From an uncultured Clostridia bacterium (GTDB lineage Bacteria; Bacillota; Clostridia; TANB77; CAG-508): a stretch of 34,816 nt of DNA. Of this stretch, positions 9,792 through 20,000 are shown one piece after another. The position numbers and the translations under genes are program-made. The stretch covers positions 1-34,816 of the forward strand of contig CANRFX010000002.1 of assembly GCA_947629995.1 (NCBI GenBank), read 5' to 3'. Every line of letters begins with the position of its first letter. Within the stretch, counting starts at the first letter, position 1. The notes beneath the pieces are model-generated. The model searched no databases and was not told where the DNA came from. It saw only the letters and a program-made list of their open reading frames with translations.

Positions 9792-12700
9792 TTAATCTGG
9801 TGCCCTAAATACATGTGTAAAGTAATTTGGACGATAATTTGAAAATTCTGATCTTATTGCACTTGTTGAACCGCAATTTAATGTTTTTCCTTCTCCTGCA
9901 TATATTTCAGTATGATGATGAACTCCATCATTTATAACTAAAACATCTCCTGGTAAAAGATCATCTTCTGTATATCCACTTGTAGATGTAGCTATTACTT
10001 CAAAATTCATAGGGTTACCAAGTAATGCGCCTGTAGCCCATAAGCAATTTTTACCAGTATATTCAGTAATAACCCATGAAACATAAGCACTACAATCTAC
10101 ATGTCTACTACCTTCTCCTTCTCCCCTTACTGGTAACTTATGCGATCCTATACCTCTATCAGTTGGATACCAATACATATTTTCTCTTAAATATTCATGT
10201 AATTCATATGCTAATTCATAGAATTCTCCTCCACCAGCATAATTACTTGGATCTAAGTCTTCTCCTTGAATTGGAGTTGGATATCTACCTTCTGAGAATA
10301 ATATCCATCTTGCTTCTCCTCTTCTACCTTGGAATTCATTACCTAATTTTTGGAATTGTTCTTTATCTAATTCATAATTACTTGACTTGTATAAGTTTAT
10401 TATTTTATATACATTACCTTTTTCATATAAAATATCTGTTAAACAATCTATTTGATAAGATTTTAGTTCTACTCCTCTTATCTCTGCAATTTGTTTTACT
10501 CTTTCATTCAATTTATTCCAAGCTTTTATAGATATTTTCTCTACAGTTTCAACATCAATTTGAGATTTTCCGTAAATATTGTATTCACTGTCTTTTATGT
10601 TGATTCCTTGTTCTTTAAATAAATCTACATTCTGCCATCTATAACCAACATCCATATCATAAGTTCTAACATCTACACCATAAATTTTGTTTCCTATTCC
10701 TCTATCTAGTTCATCATGCAAAATGTATTTCGTTTTGTCTGGTGTTACACATGAATAAATATTTGGTGTAGAATTATAATCATATGTTGTATCGCCTTCC
10801 ATGAATTTTCTTAATTCATTATTCTCCCATGCTCTTGTAAATGCCCATCCTATTGTTCCTTCTGTTTTTTGTTTTACTTTTTCAAATTTATTATCTTCAT
10901 ATTGAGTAAATACTTCTTCTGGCTCTAATACACCATAATTTTCTTTTGTTGCTTTATGTAATAAATATTTTGTTAAATCAACTAATTTAGCTGCTTTAGC
11001 ATTAGAATTTAATGCTTCAAATAACCAACTTGGTTCAATACGCTTAAATTCATCTGCTTGTTTGTATAATTTTACAAACTTTTCCCCGCCTTCTTCTTTA
11101 TCAACTATTGTTTTTCCTGAAGAATATTTATTAATTACATTTGTAGAAGAAACTGTTGTTACTGTAGTTGTTGTCACTGTCGCAGTATCTGTATTTTCTG
11201 TGGTTTCTTCTGTAGATGAATCTGGACCTGTTTGAGTTGTTGATGCATTATCTTTTTGTGCTACATCAATATCTTTGTATGTTACTTCATTATGAACAGT
11301 TATAGCCCAGCTATCAGCATAAGTTAATTCTATATTTTCAGATACTGTTTCTGTTATTTTTTCTGTACTATGTGTATCAGTTGTTGTTGTACTTCTAGGA
11401 GTGTTTTGTAATATTCTTTCATTATATGAGATTTGTAAGCTATTAACTGGATTTTGAATTAGTCTACTTTGTAGAAGTTGTTGATATGCTTCATCTGTTA
11501 AAGTTGTTGTAACTGTTTCTTCTTTTGTAGTTACTGTCTTAGTTGTTGTTACTTGATCTTGTATTGCTACAATATATTCACTATCTATTGCAAGGTCAGC
11601 AAGTCCTAAACAGAAATTAACATCTTTTCCATATACATTCATTATCATTAAGTAATCATATGGCATTGTATATTTTTCCATAACTGTAGCTATATTAACA
11701 GAAGATCCTTTACTATATGTAGTTTTTCCATCTGCATATGACCATTTAGCAAAAACAATTTCTCTATTATTATTTATTGTAAATACTTCTAAAACATTTG
11801 CATTTTGTTGATTTATATATGCATTAAATACACCTTCTGGAACATAAGTCATTTCTACGACTTTTCCTTTTACTTCTGATAGATTTCCTATGGTTTTGTC
11901 TGGAATAACTCTTTTTAATTTTACAGCTGCTTGAAATTTATTTTTTTCATCTACTTGCCTATCTGTTACTGCCATTGCTTTTTTTCTAGCAGATGTAGAA
12001 TATGTTCCAGATACTATTGTTCCATGAAGTTCATCATATACTCTCTGTCCTGAATCAACTCTTTCTTGTATTTGACTTGCATTATCTCCAGACTGTTCAT
12101 ATACACTATGAAATTGAAGTGCAGCTTCAGAAATACTAGTCGATTTTTTAAAGCTATCTTCTAATAAACTATTAAATCCATTTTCACATTCCCACATAAA
12201 GAAGTCTAGTTGCATTTTTAAATCGTCTATTCCTTTTCCTTGGTCAGTAGCAAAATTATATAAATTTCTTTTCCTTGTCCAATATGTCCATCCTGCTAAT
12301 CCATATCCTCCACCACCTGTTTTATCATGTGCAAATCCATCTGCACCCATTGCTTGGAATTCTTTTGTTTTTTCTTCATCATATTCTTTTAAATTAGAGT
12401 GAAGATAATCTCCTTGCACAGCATTTGATCTAAAATTAGATTCTTCATACCAGTTTCCCATTATACCAGCAGTTGCTTCTTCTGAAAAACCTTTTGAAAT
12501 TAAATATGCCCATATTGCCTCTTCTGGGGTACTTCCTTGAAGTTCGTCTGAATCAGAAGATGAAGATGCTCCATATTCTCTAAGAATTTTACTCTTTATG
12601 CTTGCTACAAATGTATTTTGATTATCTTCATCAATATGTATTCCTTCTTGATCGTTTGTTATTAAATATCCAAATTCATCTACATATCCAGAGGTTGTAT

Positions 12701-13658
12701 CAATCCAAAAAGCATTTTCTTGTGTTTTACAATATTCTTCTATTTCATTATTAAATTTATCAATTTTTTCTTGATATTTCTCTCTATTATGTATGGTATA
12801 ATTTTTTCCCAAAGGAAAAACTTTTTGCACATAAATTGGTTTTCCTGGATATTTTTCTATTAATTTACTTATAAGTTGTCCCATTTCGTCTATTTCATCA
12901 GGATTATAAAACCCAAGTAATATGCAAACTCCTGTTGCATTGTTTGGTAATGTATCAATTTCATCAAGCCATTTTTTTGGAGTATATTCATTTTTGGCAT
13001 AATAGTTACATCCATCTTCTAATAGTCCTGAATTGTGTAAACGTACTAAGAAGGAATCACCAAGCATTATGACTCCTTCCATAGAATTTAATAAATTTGT
13101 AGTTTCTTCAGGTTCGTATAAAATATCTACTCCATTTAAATTTGGTAATTTAGAATTTGGTAATCCTTCTCCTAAGTTTGGAAGTTGAGTAACAAGTTCT
13201 GCTTTAATGTATTGTTTTAAAATATCAGGATCAGTTATTTTTCTTTCAACATAATCATCACTTGCTTTTATAACTTTTTCTAATTTCTTATCAATGTCAT
13301 CAACAAATGCTAATGAATATCCATTTTGAGGTGTTCCGTTTATTGTAACAAGTTCAGATATATCACTTATATTTAATATTGAATTAATACTATATTTTCC
13401 ATATGCAGTTAGTTTTTCAGCATCATCTGCATCTAAAAACCAACTTATTGCTGCTAAAAGTAACAATACAAAAACACTTACTAATATTACTATAAAAACT
13501 ATTTTACTAAATATTATTTTTACTACTGATTTTAACATTTGCATAGCACCGTTTTTAACTGTTTTTACACTTTTTTTTGAACTTGATTTCCCCATATCTT
13601 TTGCTTTTTGCTTTGTAATTTCTCCTAACTTGCTCTCATTATCTTCCAATTTTCTCAC
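9792..13658 (-). CDS. Giant membrane-anchored multidomain cell-wall hydrolase (SGNH/GDSL-like, phage-tail-lysozyme-like, Thr-rich linkers, lysozyme-like, C-terminal NlpC/P60- or CHAP-like); functional analogue of CwlT/PrgK/TraG
   Basis: 1288-aa ORF with a TM helix (IVFIVILVSVFVLLLLAAISWF). Contains a GDS motif (VIMLGDSFLV) and GIMGNWYEESNF...GYGLAGWTYW, typical of phage tail-tip lysozyme domains. The C-terminus VDCSAYVSWV...GDVLVINDGVHHHTEIY has the Cys/His cysteine-peptidase pattern. Confidence 0.65.
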   Translation of the reverse strand: MRKLEDNESKLGEITKQKAKDMGKSSSKKSVKTVKNGAMQMLKSVVKIIFSKIVFIVILVSVFVLLLLAAISWFLDADDAEKLTAYGKYSINSILNISDISELVTINGTPQNGYSLAFVDDIDKKLEKVIKASDDYVERKITDPDILKQYIKAELVTQLPNLGEGLPNSKLPNLNGVDILYEPEETTNLLNSMEGVIMLGDSFLVRLHNSGLLEDGCNYYAKNEYTPKKWLDEIDTLPNNATGVCILLGFYNPDEIDEMGQLISKLIEKYPGKPIYVQKVFPLGKNYTIHNREKYQEKIDKFNNEIEEYCKTQENAFWIDTTSGYVDEFGYLITNDQEGIHIDEDNQNTFVASIKSKILREYGASSSSDSDELQGSTPEEAIWAYLISKGFSEEATAGIMGNWYEESNFRSNAVQGDYLHSNLKEYDEEKTKEFQAMGADGFAHDKTGGGGYGLAGWTYWTRKRNLYNFATDQGKGIDDLKMQLDFFMWECENGFNSLLEDSFKKSTSISEAALQFHSVYEQSGDNASQIQERVDSGQRVYDELHGTIVSGTYSTSARKKAMAVTDRQVDEKNKFQAAVKLKRVIPDKTIGNLSEVKGKVVEMTYVPEGVFNAYINQQNANVLEVFTINNNREIVFAKWSYADGKTTYSKGSSVNIATVMEKYTMPYDYLMIMNVYGKDVNFCLGLADLAIDSEYIVAIQDQVTTTKTVTTKEETVTTTLTDEAYQQLLQSRLIQNPVNSLQISYNERILQNTPRSTTTTDTHSTEKITETVSENIELTYADSWAITVHNEVTYKDIDVAQKDNASTTQTGPDSSTEETTENTDTATVTTTTVTTVSSTNVINKYSSGKTIVDKEEGGEKFVKLYKQADEFKRIEPSWLFEALNSNAKAAKLVDLTKYLLHKATKENYGVLEPEEVFTQYEDNKFEKVKQKTEGTIGWAFTRAWENNELRKFMEGDTTYDYNSTPNIYSCVTPDKTKYILHDELDRGIGNKIYGVDVRTYDMDVGYRWQNVDLFKEQGINIKDSEYNIYGKSQIDVETVEKISIKAWNKLNERVKQIAEIRGVELKSYQIDCLTDILYEKGNVYKIINLYKSSNYELDKEQFQKLGNEFQGRRGEARWILFSEGRYPTPIQGEDLDPSNYAGGGEFYELAYELHEYLRENMYWYPTDRGIGSHKLPVRGEGEGSRHVDCSAYVSWVITEYTGKNCLWATGALLGNPMNFEVIATSTSGYTEDDLLPGDVLVINDGVHHHTEIYAGEGKTLNCGSTSAIRSEFSNYRPNYFTHVFRAPD

Positions 13659-13687
13659 CTCTTTTTCTATGTATTAAACTGTATATT

Positions 13688-16441
13688 TTATTTTCTTCCA
13701 AAAGCTTGATCTAATAAATCCATTATTCTATCTCTTTTAGCCGCATCACCACCAACCATACTATCTACTTCATTACTTAAGTCTATTCTCTTGTTTGTAT
13801 CCCTTAAATCGTCCATTGAAACATTTTCTTTAAATTTCATTAAACTTGCTGCATTTCTTGATGTTAAATTTGGGTTTTTCAACATCAATTTTGATGCTGT
13901 ATTTAATTCTTTTTGATCTGTAATTCCTAGTTTTCTTAATTCCATTTGCATTTTTTTAACTTGTTTCCAATTACCTTCAAATTCTTTCTTTAGATTTTTT
14001 TCAACTTCTTTGCTTTTATTCCATTCTTTATCAGCTTTAACATCTTCATATTTATCGCCATAATATCCTTCTTGGAAAGCATCTTTTACATTTCCTACTC
14101 CATTCTTAGCACCTGTTAGTAATCCTTCTGCTGCTCCATATACACCTTTTCCTACAGCATATCCTCCTGCAATACCTGTTAATCCGTATTTAGCAACATC
14201 TGAATATTCATCTCCTGCAAGACCTGCTGCAACACCTATTGTTCCTAATGTTCCTGCTCCTAGTCCAGCTAATGCTAATTTAGTTGCTGTTTTTGCTCCT
14301 TTTGGTATATACTTTTTACCTAGATTTACTCCTCCTCTAGCAATTCCTGTTATAGTTCTTACTCCACGAGTATTTGCAATTCTCCTTGCGCCATTGGCAA
14401 CTGGAGCAACGAAGCTTCTAGTATTATTTCTAACCCTACCTATAGATCTACCTATTGATCTTCTTCTAGGTAACCTTCTAACTCTTTGTCTTGCTGAACC
14501 TCCAGATCCTGAACCTCCGGATCCTGAACCTGTTAATCCATCATTAAAGCCTTGTAGATTTTTTAAATCTTTTCCTCTTCTTCCACTATCTGCAAAATTT
14601 ATGTTAGAATTATTACTATTAGATCCACCTGAATTACTATTATTTCCTCCTCCACCTTTTGGATGAGGAAGTCTCTGTAATCCTGAAAGTAAAGTGCTAA
14701 ATACTGCTCCACCTGCAAATCCACTTGTATAACTACTTCCAATAGGTGCCTTATCAAATCCGAAAAATTTTCTAATAATTTTTATAGATTGTGATAAAAA
14801 TCCTAATATAATTAAAGAATAAAGTACATTTGTTTTAAATAAATCCATTGCACTTACAGCTAGTATTGTAAATAATAATAGATGTAATGGTTGTAATAAT
14901 AAGTTAAATATATATTCTTTTAACCACATATTAAAACCTTGTGCTTGTCCATCTCCTACTTTATCAATTGGATATGTAATTGCAACTAATGGACCTATTA
15001 ATGTCAGAAACGCCATATAAACAACCCTTTTGAAATATTGCCATGTAAACATGATTGTATAAATTACAAAAAGTGTGTATAATATTGTATATGCCATTTC
15101 TTGTAAAGTGTCTTCTGGGAAACTTATTGCTAATCTAATAGAAGTTGCTAATGTTTGTGCTGTAATAGATCCTTGTTCTTCTTTTGCCTGTTCAACTACT
15201 TCACTTTCGTTTTCTTGATCATTGTTTTCTTGCGCTTCTGCATTTACACTGCTTTGCGTACCATTTAAAGCACTTACATAAGATCCATATAACATATCTG
15301 TTAAAGATTCTGTTAAGTATAATGCAAATGCCATAATATAATGCATTATAAATAACATACATATTGCCATTAACCAATCTTTTAACATTGTTTTATATTT
15401 AGCTTGTTCTGTAGTAGATGATAGAATAATTCTAATTGCTATATATACTAATATAGTTAACATTACAACAAGCGCTAAATCTCTTAGTGTATTATACCAT
15501 TTTGATATTGTTCCTTGCATTTGCATTGCTACATTTCCAATTGCTTTTGTGGAATTTGTTTTTCCAAAATTTGTATTAATGTTTAAATTAATACCACAAT
15601 CTAATGCATTATTATAATAATCTAACCATTCTATTTTACTACTTTGTTCTTGAATTTGTGCATCTATGTTCCTAACCCATCTTTCTTGATCTGTAAGACT
15701 TCCCCCTGTATTTTCCCCATTTCCATATTGTTTTTTGTTTGGATCTTGTCCATCACTTAGTATAAGATCATATTCGCTATTATTATTTATTTCTTGCATT
15801 TTTGCTAAAAATACACTTTTTATGTAATCAAAATTTGCATCTGTTTCTTCATTATTGTCATTTAAAAAATTTGCTATGTCTAATTGCTTTTCTGCATTTT
15901 CTCCATTTTGAATAACATCTGGATTATTTACAGAAGGATTTATAAAATTAACATCAAATGCTGGTATTTTGTTTGCAAAAATATTTTCAACGCTATAATA
16001 TATAGATGGAAATACTATATCTTTACTGTAATATGTTTTTATTTCATCAGTATCAACTTCTCCATCGCCATCTAAATCTGCTGTTGTATCACCCGAATAA
16101 TTAGCTCCCCATGCATCAAGCCAAGCAATACCATTTCCAAGTATAGGTATGCTATAGGCAAAATCATCTAATCCACTTCCAAAATATTCTCCATTTTGCA
16201 ATTCATCTAATGTTGTCTTAAACACTGCCTTAGGAGCTCCATCAATAAATGTAGGTTGAAGAAAATTAAAAACCGCATCTCCCAAACCACACACTAAAGC
16301 CTGAATAGGAGAGAATAATGGTCCTACCCAATCAACATCATCTGCACGAGACTCTACAGGAAATATGAAGTTAAGCATTATTGTAACTATAATTAGTACT
16401 ATTAGCATCTTCTGTATAAAGCTATTTTTATTCATATTCAT
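13688..16441 (-). CDS. VirB6-like polytopic T4SS membrane protein (ConG/PrgH/TcpH analogue) with a Gly/Ser/Asn- and Arg-rich C-terminal extension
   Basis: 917-aa ORF. Signal-like N-terminus and a large extracytoplasmic domain, then about 6 TM helices in the middle. These are followed by GGGGNNSNSGGSNSNNSN...GSGSGGSGSGGS...RRLPRRRSIGRSIGR and a glycine-zipper segment. Positioned directly after VirB4, as in Gram-positive T4SS operons. Confidence 0.55.
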   Translation of the reverse strand: MNMNKNSFIQKMLIVLIIVTIMLNFIFPVESRADDVDWVGPLFSPIQALVCGLGDAVFNFLQPTFIDGAPKAVFKTTLDELQNGEYFGSGLDDFAYSIPILGNGIAWLDAWGANYSGDTTADLDGDGEVDTDEIKTYYSKDIVFPSIYYSVENIFANKIPAFDVNFINPSVNNPDVIQNGENAEKQLDIANFLNDNNEETDANFDYIKSVFLAKMQEINNNSEYDLILSDGQDPNKKQYGNGENTGGSLTDQERWVRNIDAQIQEQSSKIEWLDYYNNALDCGINLNINTNFGKTNSTKAIGNVAMQMQGTISKWYNTLRDLALVVMLTILVYIAIRIILSSTTEQAKYKTMLKDWLMAICMLFIMHYIMAFALYLTESLTDMLYGSYVSALNGTQSSVNAEAQENNDQENESEVVEQAKEEQGSITAQTLATSIRLAISFPEDTLQEMAYTILYTLFVIYTIMFTWQYFKRVVYMAFLTLIGPLVAITYPIDKVGDGQAQGFNMWLKEYIFNLLLQPLHLLLFTILAVSAMDLFKTNVLYSLIILGFLSQSIKIIRKFFGFDKAPIGSSYTSGFAGGAVFSTLLSGLQRLPHPKGGGGNNSNSGGSNSNNSNINFADSGRRGKDLKNLQGFNDGLTGSGSGGSGSGGSARQRVRRLPRRRSIGRSIGRVRNNTRSFVAPVANGARRIANTRGVRTITGIARGGVNLGKKYIPKGAKTATKLALAGLGAGTLGTIGVAAGLAGDEYSDVAKYGLTGIAGGYAVGKGVYGAAEGLLTGAKNGVGNVKDAFQEGYYGDKYEDVKADKEWNKSKEVEKNLKKEFEGNWKQVKKMQMELRKLGITDQKELNTASKLMLKNPNLTSRNAASLMKFKENVSMDDLRDTNKRIDLSNEVDSMVGGDAAKRDRIMDLLDQAFGRK

Positions 16442-18407
16442 AATTATTCTCCTCTTTTACCTTTCTCATTTCTACTAATTTATTTAAGTTTGTTTCTACA
16501 AATTCAAATTCTTTTTGCGTTGGTGTTATCTGTATAATAGCAGAATCTGCTCCTACTTTTAATAATCCTTCTCCTTTTAAGCAAGTAATTAAAAAGTTTG
16601 ACTCTCCTTCACTTAATTTAAATACTTCTTTTAAATATTCAATTTCTGATTTATCTTGTGCTAAAAATAATTTTGTATCAGATGATGTTAAAACTGCTTG
16701 CGCTTCTGGCTTTTCATAAAAGTCTTGAAATCTCTGCGAAATAATTGCAAGAGATACATTTCTTTTTCTAGCACGCCTTGCCATTGTATTTAAAAAATCT
16801 ACTGCTTCTGGGTAAGGTAAAAGCATCCAAGCTTCATCAACTAAAACTCTTTTCTTTCTAGCCTTTTTTCTATCTTCACTATTTTTCTTAACATATTTTT
16901 CCCAAATCCATGAAAGTAATATTTGTTGAGCAAGTGGTCTTGCAAATCTTTCCTCTAATTGTGAAATATCTAAATTAATAAATGGTGCTCCATCTAATAA
17001 TTCAAATGTAGATTGCCCGTCAAAATACGCCATTTGTCCATCATATTCTCTTATATATTGTTTCATAACTTTTAACAAATAACTATAATGGAAATTATAA
17101 TCTGTATTATTGTTTTCTTTGGCCTTTCTTTGAATTCTTTTATACCAAGAACCAATTGTTGGCATTTTTTTCTTTTCTCTATATAGTCTTTCTTGTGAAT
17201 TAAATTTACCACTTTCTTCATACAAACTATTAGGATTACTAGTTATATTAATTGCAGCATATTCTTCTGAAACAGCTTCTGCAATAATTTGTTTTGTAAG
17301 TTCATTTACATCTGTACTTCTTGTACTACCTCTTGCCATTGTAATTAAAGCTTGTGTAACGTCTTCTACTTTATTTTCAACATTTACTACTATTCTTTCT
17401 TTTCCTGTAATTTCATCTTTTACAATTTCAGGTTCAATATCAAAAAGGTTAATAATAGTTTGAGAATTTGGACTTAATACTACATTAATTCCTCCCAAAC
17501 TTTCTGCTACAATTGAATATTCTCCTTCTGCATCTAAAGCTAAACTTTCAATTCCCATTAATACAGAAGATCTAGAAATCAATGTTTTCATTGTAACAGA
17601 TTTACCAGCACCTGATTTAGCAAATATAACCATATTGTAATTTGTAAGTGATGAATGGAAATTGTCAAAAAGAATTGGCGTTCCTGTTTGTCTATTAAAT
17701 CCTAATGGAACTCCTGTAGGATGTCCTACATCAGAGGTTGTAAATGGAAATACTGTTGCCATTGAACCCCTATCAAAAGTATGTATTTTCTTAACTTTGT
17801 CATTCATTAATGGTAAATTGGATTGAAATGCTTCTTCTTGTAATGCCCATGCACTTTTAATATCTAATAGACTTTTTGACATTTCTGTAGCAAGTAATTT
17901 TGTTAATTTATCCAAATCTGCCATATTATATGCAAATAATGTTGATACAATAGAAGCTTCAAATAATTTATTAAATCCTGCTGCTATCTCATCTCTTAAT
18001 TGTTCTGCTTCTACTCTTTTTTGTGCTAGCAAACTTTCTCTATTAATATTTCCTTTATCCGCTTCTACAATCCTTTCTGTTTCTAGTTCATTAATAACTC
18101 TATTTAATTCATTTTGTGATCTAGATTCTGGAATAGGATTTATATAAACAGATGTGTTGATATCTCCAAACATATACATATCTCTAAGTAATTCTGGGAA
18201 TGTACACATTCTAGGTAAGGTAGAAATTAAAAAACTTCTTGCATATCTTTTTATACTAGATATAATTTCTAAGTGATCTAAACTAGATGCATCAATTCCA
18301 GATGGTGCTATTAATTCTTTAATTGTAGTCTTTTCTAAAAGACCTGTTTTAATTTGCTTTTTTCCTTGTTCTTGTTGATTTTTTTGTTCCTTTTTCTTCT
18401 TTAGCAT
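16428..18407 (-). CDS. VirB4-family T4SS ATPase (TraE/PrgJ/ConE-like)
   Basis: 659-aa ORF. Walker A is FAKSGAGKSVTMK and Walker B is RVLVDEAWML. The N-terminal pattern IAPSGID...YARSFLISTLPR is typical of Gram-positive VirB4 proteins. AGGAGG RBS lies ahead of ATG 18407. Confidence 0.8.
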   Translation of the reverse strand: MLKKKKEQKNQQEQGKKQIKTGLLEKTTIKELIAPSGIDASSLDHLEIISSIKRYARSFLISTLPRMCTFPELLRDMYMFGDINTSVYINPIPESRSQNELNRVINELETERIVEADKGNINRESLLAQKRVEAEQLRDEIAAGFNKLFEASIVSTLFAYNMADLDKLTKLLATEMSKSLLDIKSAWALQEEAFQSNLPLMNDKVKKIHTFDRGSMATVFPFTTSDVGHPTGVPLGFNRQTGTPILFDNFHSSLTNYNMVIFAKSGAGKSVTMKTLISRSSVLMGIESLALDAEGEYSIVAESLGGINVVLSPNSQTIINLFDIEPEIVKDEITGKERIVVNVENKVEDVTQALITMARGSTRSTDVNELTKQIIAEAVSEEYAAINITSNPNSLYEESGKFNSQERLYREKKKMPTIGSWYKRIQRKAKENNNTDYNFHYSYLLKVMKQYIREYDGQMAYFDGQSTFELLDGAPFINLDISQLEERFARPLAQQILLSWIWEKYVKKNSEDRKKARKKRVLVDEAWMLLPYPEAVDFLNTMARRARKRNVSLAIISQRFQDFYEKPEAQAVLTSSDTKLFLAQDKSEIEYLKEVFKLSEGESNFLITCLKGEGLLKVGADSAIIQITPTQKEFEFVETNLNKLVEMRKVKEENNYEYE

Positions 18408-19584
18408 CTACCTTTACCTCCTTTTTTGTATTTTCTTTTCCTTCTAAATCTTTTAATACATCTTCTGCAACTTCAGTTCCTATGTAATCTTTATTTTCTT
18501 CTACAATTATTTTTGCCATTTCATTTATTAATTCATCCATTTTATTTTCTTTTTCAATGGCTTCTTGTTCTTTTCTTGATCTAACACGCTCAACTTTTTC
18601 TACTACTTTCTTAACTGCTTTTTCTTCTATCATTTTATCTAATTCTTCAATTTTTTTATCAAATATATCTTCTGAAGTTGAATATAATTTATCATATTGT
18701 GCTGAAATTGCTTTATCAATTCCGAAGTCTTCTGCTTGATCTCTGTTATATGCCATATAAAGTAATTCTATTAATTCTCTCGTATTTAATATTTTACCAT
18801 TTACACCACAAGCTCCTAAAGTTCTAATAATTGCTTGTGACCTTGTATATAATTCTGAAAAGGCTATATTTCTTACTTCATATTGATCAAATTCATTTGA
18901 CCCTAAGTCTGATGGATAATATGGTATTACAATATAATATTTTTTACTTAATATATTTTTATTTAAGCTCATTTTTTCTGTATCTGCTATTATATCTTTT
19001 CCATATTCATATAAATTTGTTTGTTTTGTTATTTCATAAAGCATTTTTTGTTTGTCCTGATTAGTATATCTTCTTGATTGCATCATTTCGTTATATTGTT
19101 GTTTTTTCATATTTAAATCTGCTTCTATTTGAAATACTCTTTCTTTATAAGCATTAATACTACTTCCTAAATCTATTGTCCTAGTTTGAACATATAACTG
19201 TATAGGATGTCTTAAAGTATTTAAAAATTGTAAAAATCCTTCTTCTACTGCTGTTTTTTCTACGCCAGACATTAAATCATAATTTACACCTTGACATTCT
19301 ACTACCATTATATATTTAAAATTTTCTTTTTGAATAATCATATTATCTTCAACTTTTTCAAATTCCATAAAGTTAAAAATGTTTTGTTGTTTTGTCTCAT
19401 TTGACTCAATTTCTTTTTTACCTTTAGGATTAGATGCTTTAATTTCTTGTATTTTTGGATTTTGATTTCTCCTTTTTATTAATAGTGTAATATAAATTAT
19501 AACTAAAATTATTAAAATTGCTATAAATATAAATAACAATGTTGTTAAAATAGAACCTGTTTCTTGATAATTGTTGTTCCCCAT
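18349..19584 (-). CDS. Membrane-anchored T4SS-associated protein resembling a VirB4 N-terminal domain but lacking a P-loop
   Basis: 411-aa ORF with an N-terminal TM helix (ILTTLLFIFIAILIILVIIYITLLI). The segment MIIQKENFKYIMVVECQGVNYDLMSGVEKTAVEEGFLQFLNTLRHPIQLYVQTR looks like the start of TcpF/CD1110-type VirB4 proteins. I found no GxxxxGK[ST] motif. Confidence 0.4.
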   Translation of the reverse strand: MGNNNYQETGSILTTLLFIFIAILIILVIIYITLLIKRRNQNPKIQEIKASNPKGKKEIESNETKQQNIFNFMEFEKVEDNMIIQKENFKYIMVVECQGVNYDLMSGVEKTAVEEGFLQFLNTLRHPIQLYVQTRTIDLGSSINAYKERVFQIEADLNMKKQQYNEMMQSRRYTNQDKQKMLYEITKQTNLYEYGKDIIADTEKMSLNKNILSKKYYIVIPYYPSDLGSNEFDQYEVRNIAFSELYTRSQAIIRTLGACGVNGKILNTRELIELLYMAYNRDQAEDFGIDKAISAQYDKLYSTSEDIFDKKIEELDKMIEEKAVKKVVEKVERVRSRKEQEAIEKENKMDELINEMAKIIVEENKDYIGTEVAEDVLKDLEGKENTKKEVKVDAKEEKGTKKSTRTRKKAN

Positions 19585-19923
19585 CTATTTTTCCTCCTTT
19601 TCTTTTGTATATATAGAATAAATTTTATTTTTTTTGCTTTTAAATTTTATATATCTTTTTATAACTTCATCTATGTTTTCTCCGCTTATATCATTTAAGG
19701 CTCTTATTTTTGGAATTTTAAAAGTTGCAATTGAAAATCCAATTGCTCCCAAACCAACAATAAACAACAAACCGATTGTTCCCATTCCTATAGCATCAAA
19801 AATAAAATATATTATCCCTCCAATGATGGCTCCTATAAAAGTATAAATCAATGCTTTGGTAGAAAAAATATATAAAATTCTTCCTTCTCCTTTTACGTTT
19901 CTAGGTATATTATATGTTGCCAT
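19585..19923 (-). CDS. PrgI/TcpE-family small membrane protein (VirB3-like)
   Basis: 112-aa ORF. The N-terminus YNIPRNVKGEGRILYIFSTKALIY followed by two TM helices is the PrgI-family signature. Located immediately upstream of the VirB4-region genes. Confidence 0.6.
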   Translation of the reverse strand: MATYNIPRNVKGEGRILYIFSTKALIYTFIGAIIGGIIYFIFDAIGMGTIGLLFIVGLGAIGFSIATFKIPKIRALNDISGENIDEVIKRYIKFKSKKNKIYSIYTKEKEEK

Positions 19924-19948
19924 GGCGACCTCCTTTTTCTTTATGTAT

Positions 19949-19957
19949 ATTATACCA
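19949..19957 (-). promoter_or_regulatory. Extended -10 promoter element (TGGTATAAT) upstream of the PrgI-like gene
   Basis: The minus strand reads AAAAAAATTGGTATAATATAC, then AAAAAGGAGG RBS and ATG 19923. The -35 is poor, which an extended -10 can tolerate. Confidence 0.4.
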
Positions 19958-20000
19958 ATTTTTTTGTTATTTGTAGCGTTTTTTTGTCGATTTAATCAAA

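Noticed and set aside
18349-18407. The 59-nt overlap between the 411-aa gene and virB4 as another frameshift or fusion site
   Set aside because: No CGG is present, and virB4 has its own AGGAGG RBS at optimal distance from ATG 18407. The upstream protein ends in a low-complexity Lys-rich tail. Two separate genes are the simpler reading.
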